DNA of 64,000 nt from a virus: IMG/VR virus record IMGVR_UViG_3300004151_000006, positions 1 through 64,000 of that record. The stretch is one strand, 5' to 3'. The translations under genes were made by a program, and so were the position numbers. Below, one piece after another: positions 63,917-64,000 of this stretch. Position 1 is the stretch's first letter; each line of letters opens with the position of its first letter. The notes beneath the pieces were generated by a model. It did no database searches and was not told where the DNA came from. It saw only the letters and a list, made by a program, of their open reading frames with translations.

Positions 63917-64000
63917 GCGGAAAGACTACAGTCAATTTATTTTGGAAAGAGGTACCCACTGGCTGCTACATGGATGATGTATACGATCCAGATAGGGACG
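63913..64000 (+). CDS. 5' end of a gene continuing beyond the right edge (MSGKTTVNLFWKEVPTGCYMDD...)
   Basis: ATGA start/stop overlap with the upstream gene; frame open to window edge. Confidence 0.55.
   Translation, partial: MSGKTTVNLFWKEVPTGCYMDDVYDPDRD

Noticed and set aside
1-64000. Prophage-host junction, integrase, transposase or IS element explaining the G+C-rich islands
   Set aside because: No recombinase-like ORF, att-like long repeat or host housekeeping gene was seen. All islands are embedded in phage-like operons that use the same RBS, promoter motif and hairpin conventions.

Overview
This window is densely coding, AT-rich (roughly one-third G+C by eye) double-stranded DNA phage sequence. 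It has bacterial-type Shine-Dalgarno sites, overlapping start/stop junctions and hairpin terminators. I saw no rRNA, CRISPR array, integrase or transposase. The recognisable genes suggest a jumbo-phage-like replication, transcription and virion repertoire. They are a GroEL-like chaperonin (6709-8640), a family B DNA polymerase lacking an exonuclease domain (13399-15636), RNase HI (20784-21239), a beta-prime-like RNA polymerase fragment (25057-26811), a beta-like N-terminal fragment (47678-49234), a two-subunit type II topoisomerase (31414-33918 and 35888-38167), tail sheath-like and tube-like genes (57979-60012 and 56893-57975), and fibre-related genes. Accessory genes include a Doc/Fic toxin with a small coupled upstream partner (16495-17137), a NADAR/YbiA-like gene (39003-39629), a SLOG/DUF2493-like gene and an SNase-like gene. 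Three tRNAs (42196-42435) sit inside about 1 kb of ORF-free, G+C-elevated, helix-rich sequence that may encode a large structured RNA. The non-coding architecture has three notable features. About 22 GC-clamped perfect hairpins sit at gene ends. An ATCTTATAG promoter-like motif recurs upstream of many genes. G+C-rich islands are scattered through the AT-rich backbone, and one of them is a self-contained promoter-gene-terminator unit encoding a fibre-like protein. Most ORFs have no function I can assign. All similarity statements are by-eye motif recognition, not database searches.
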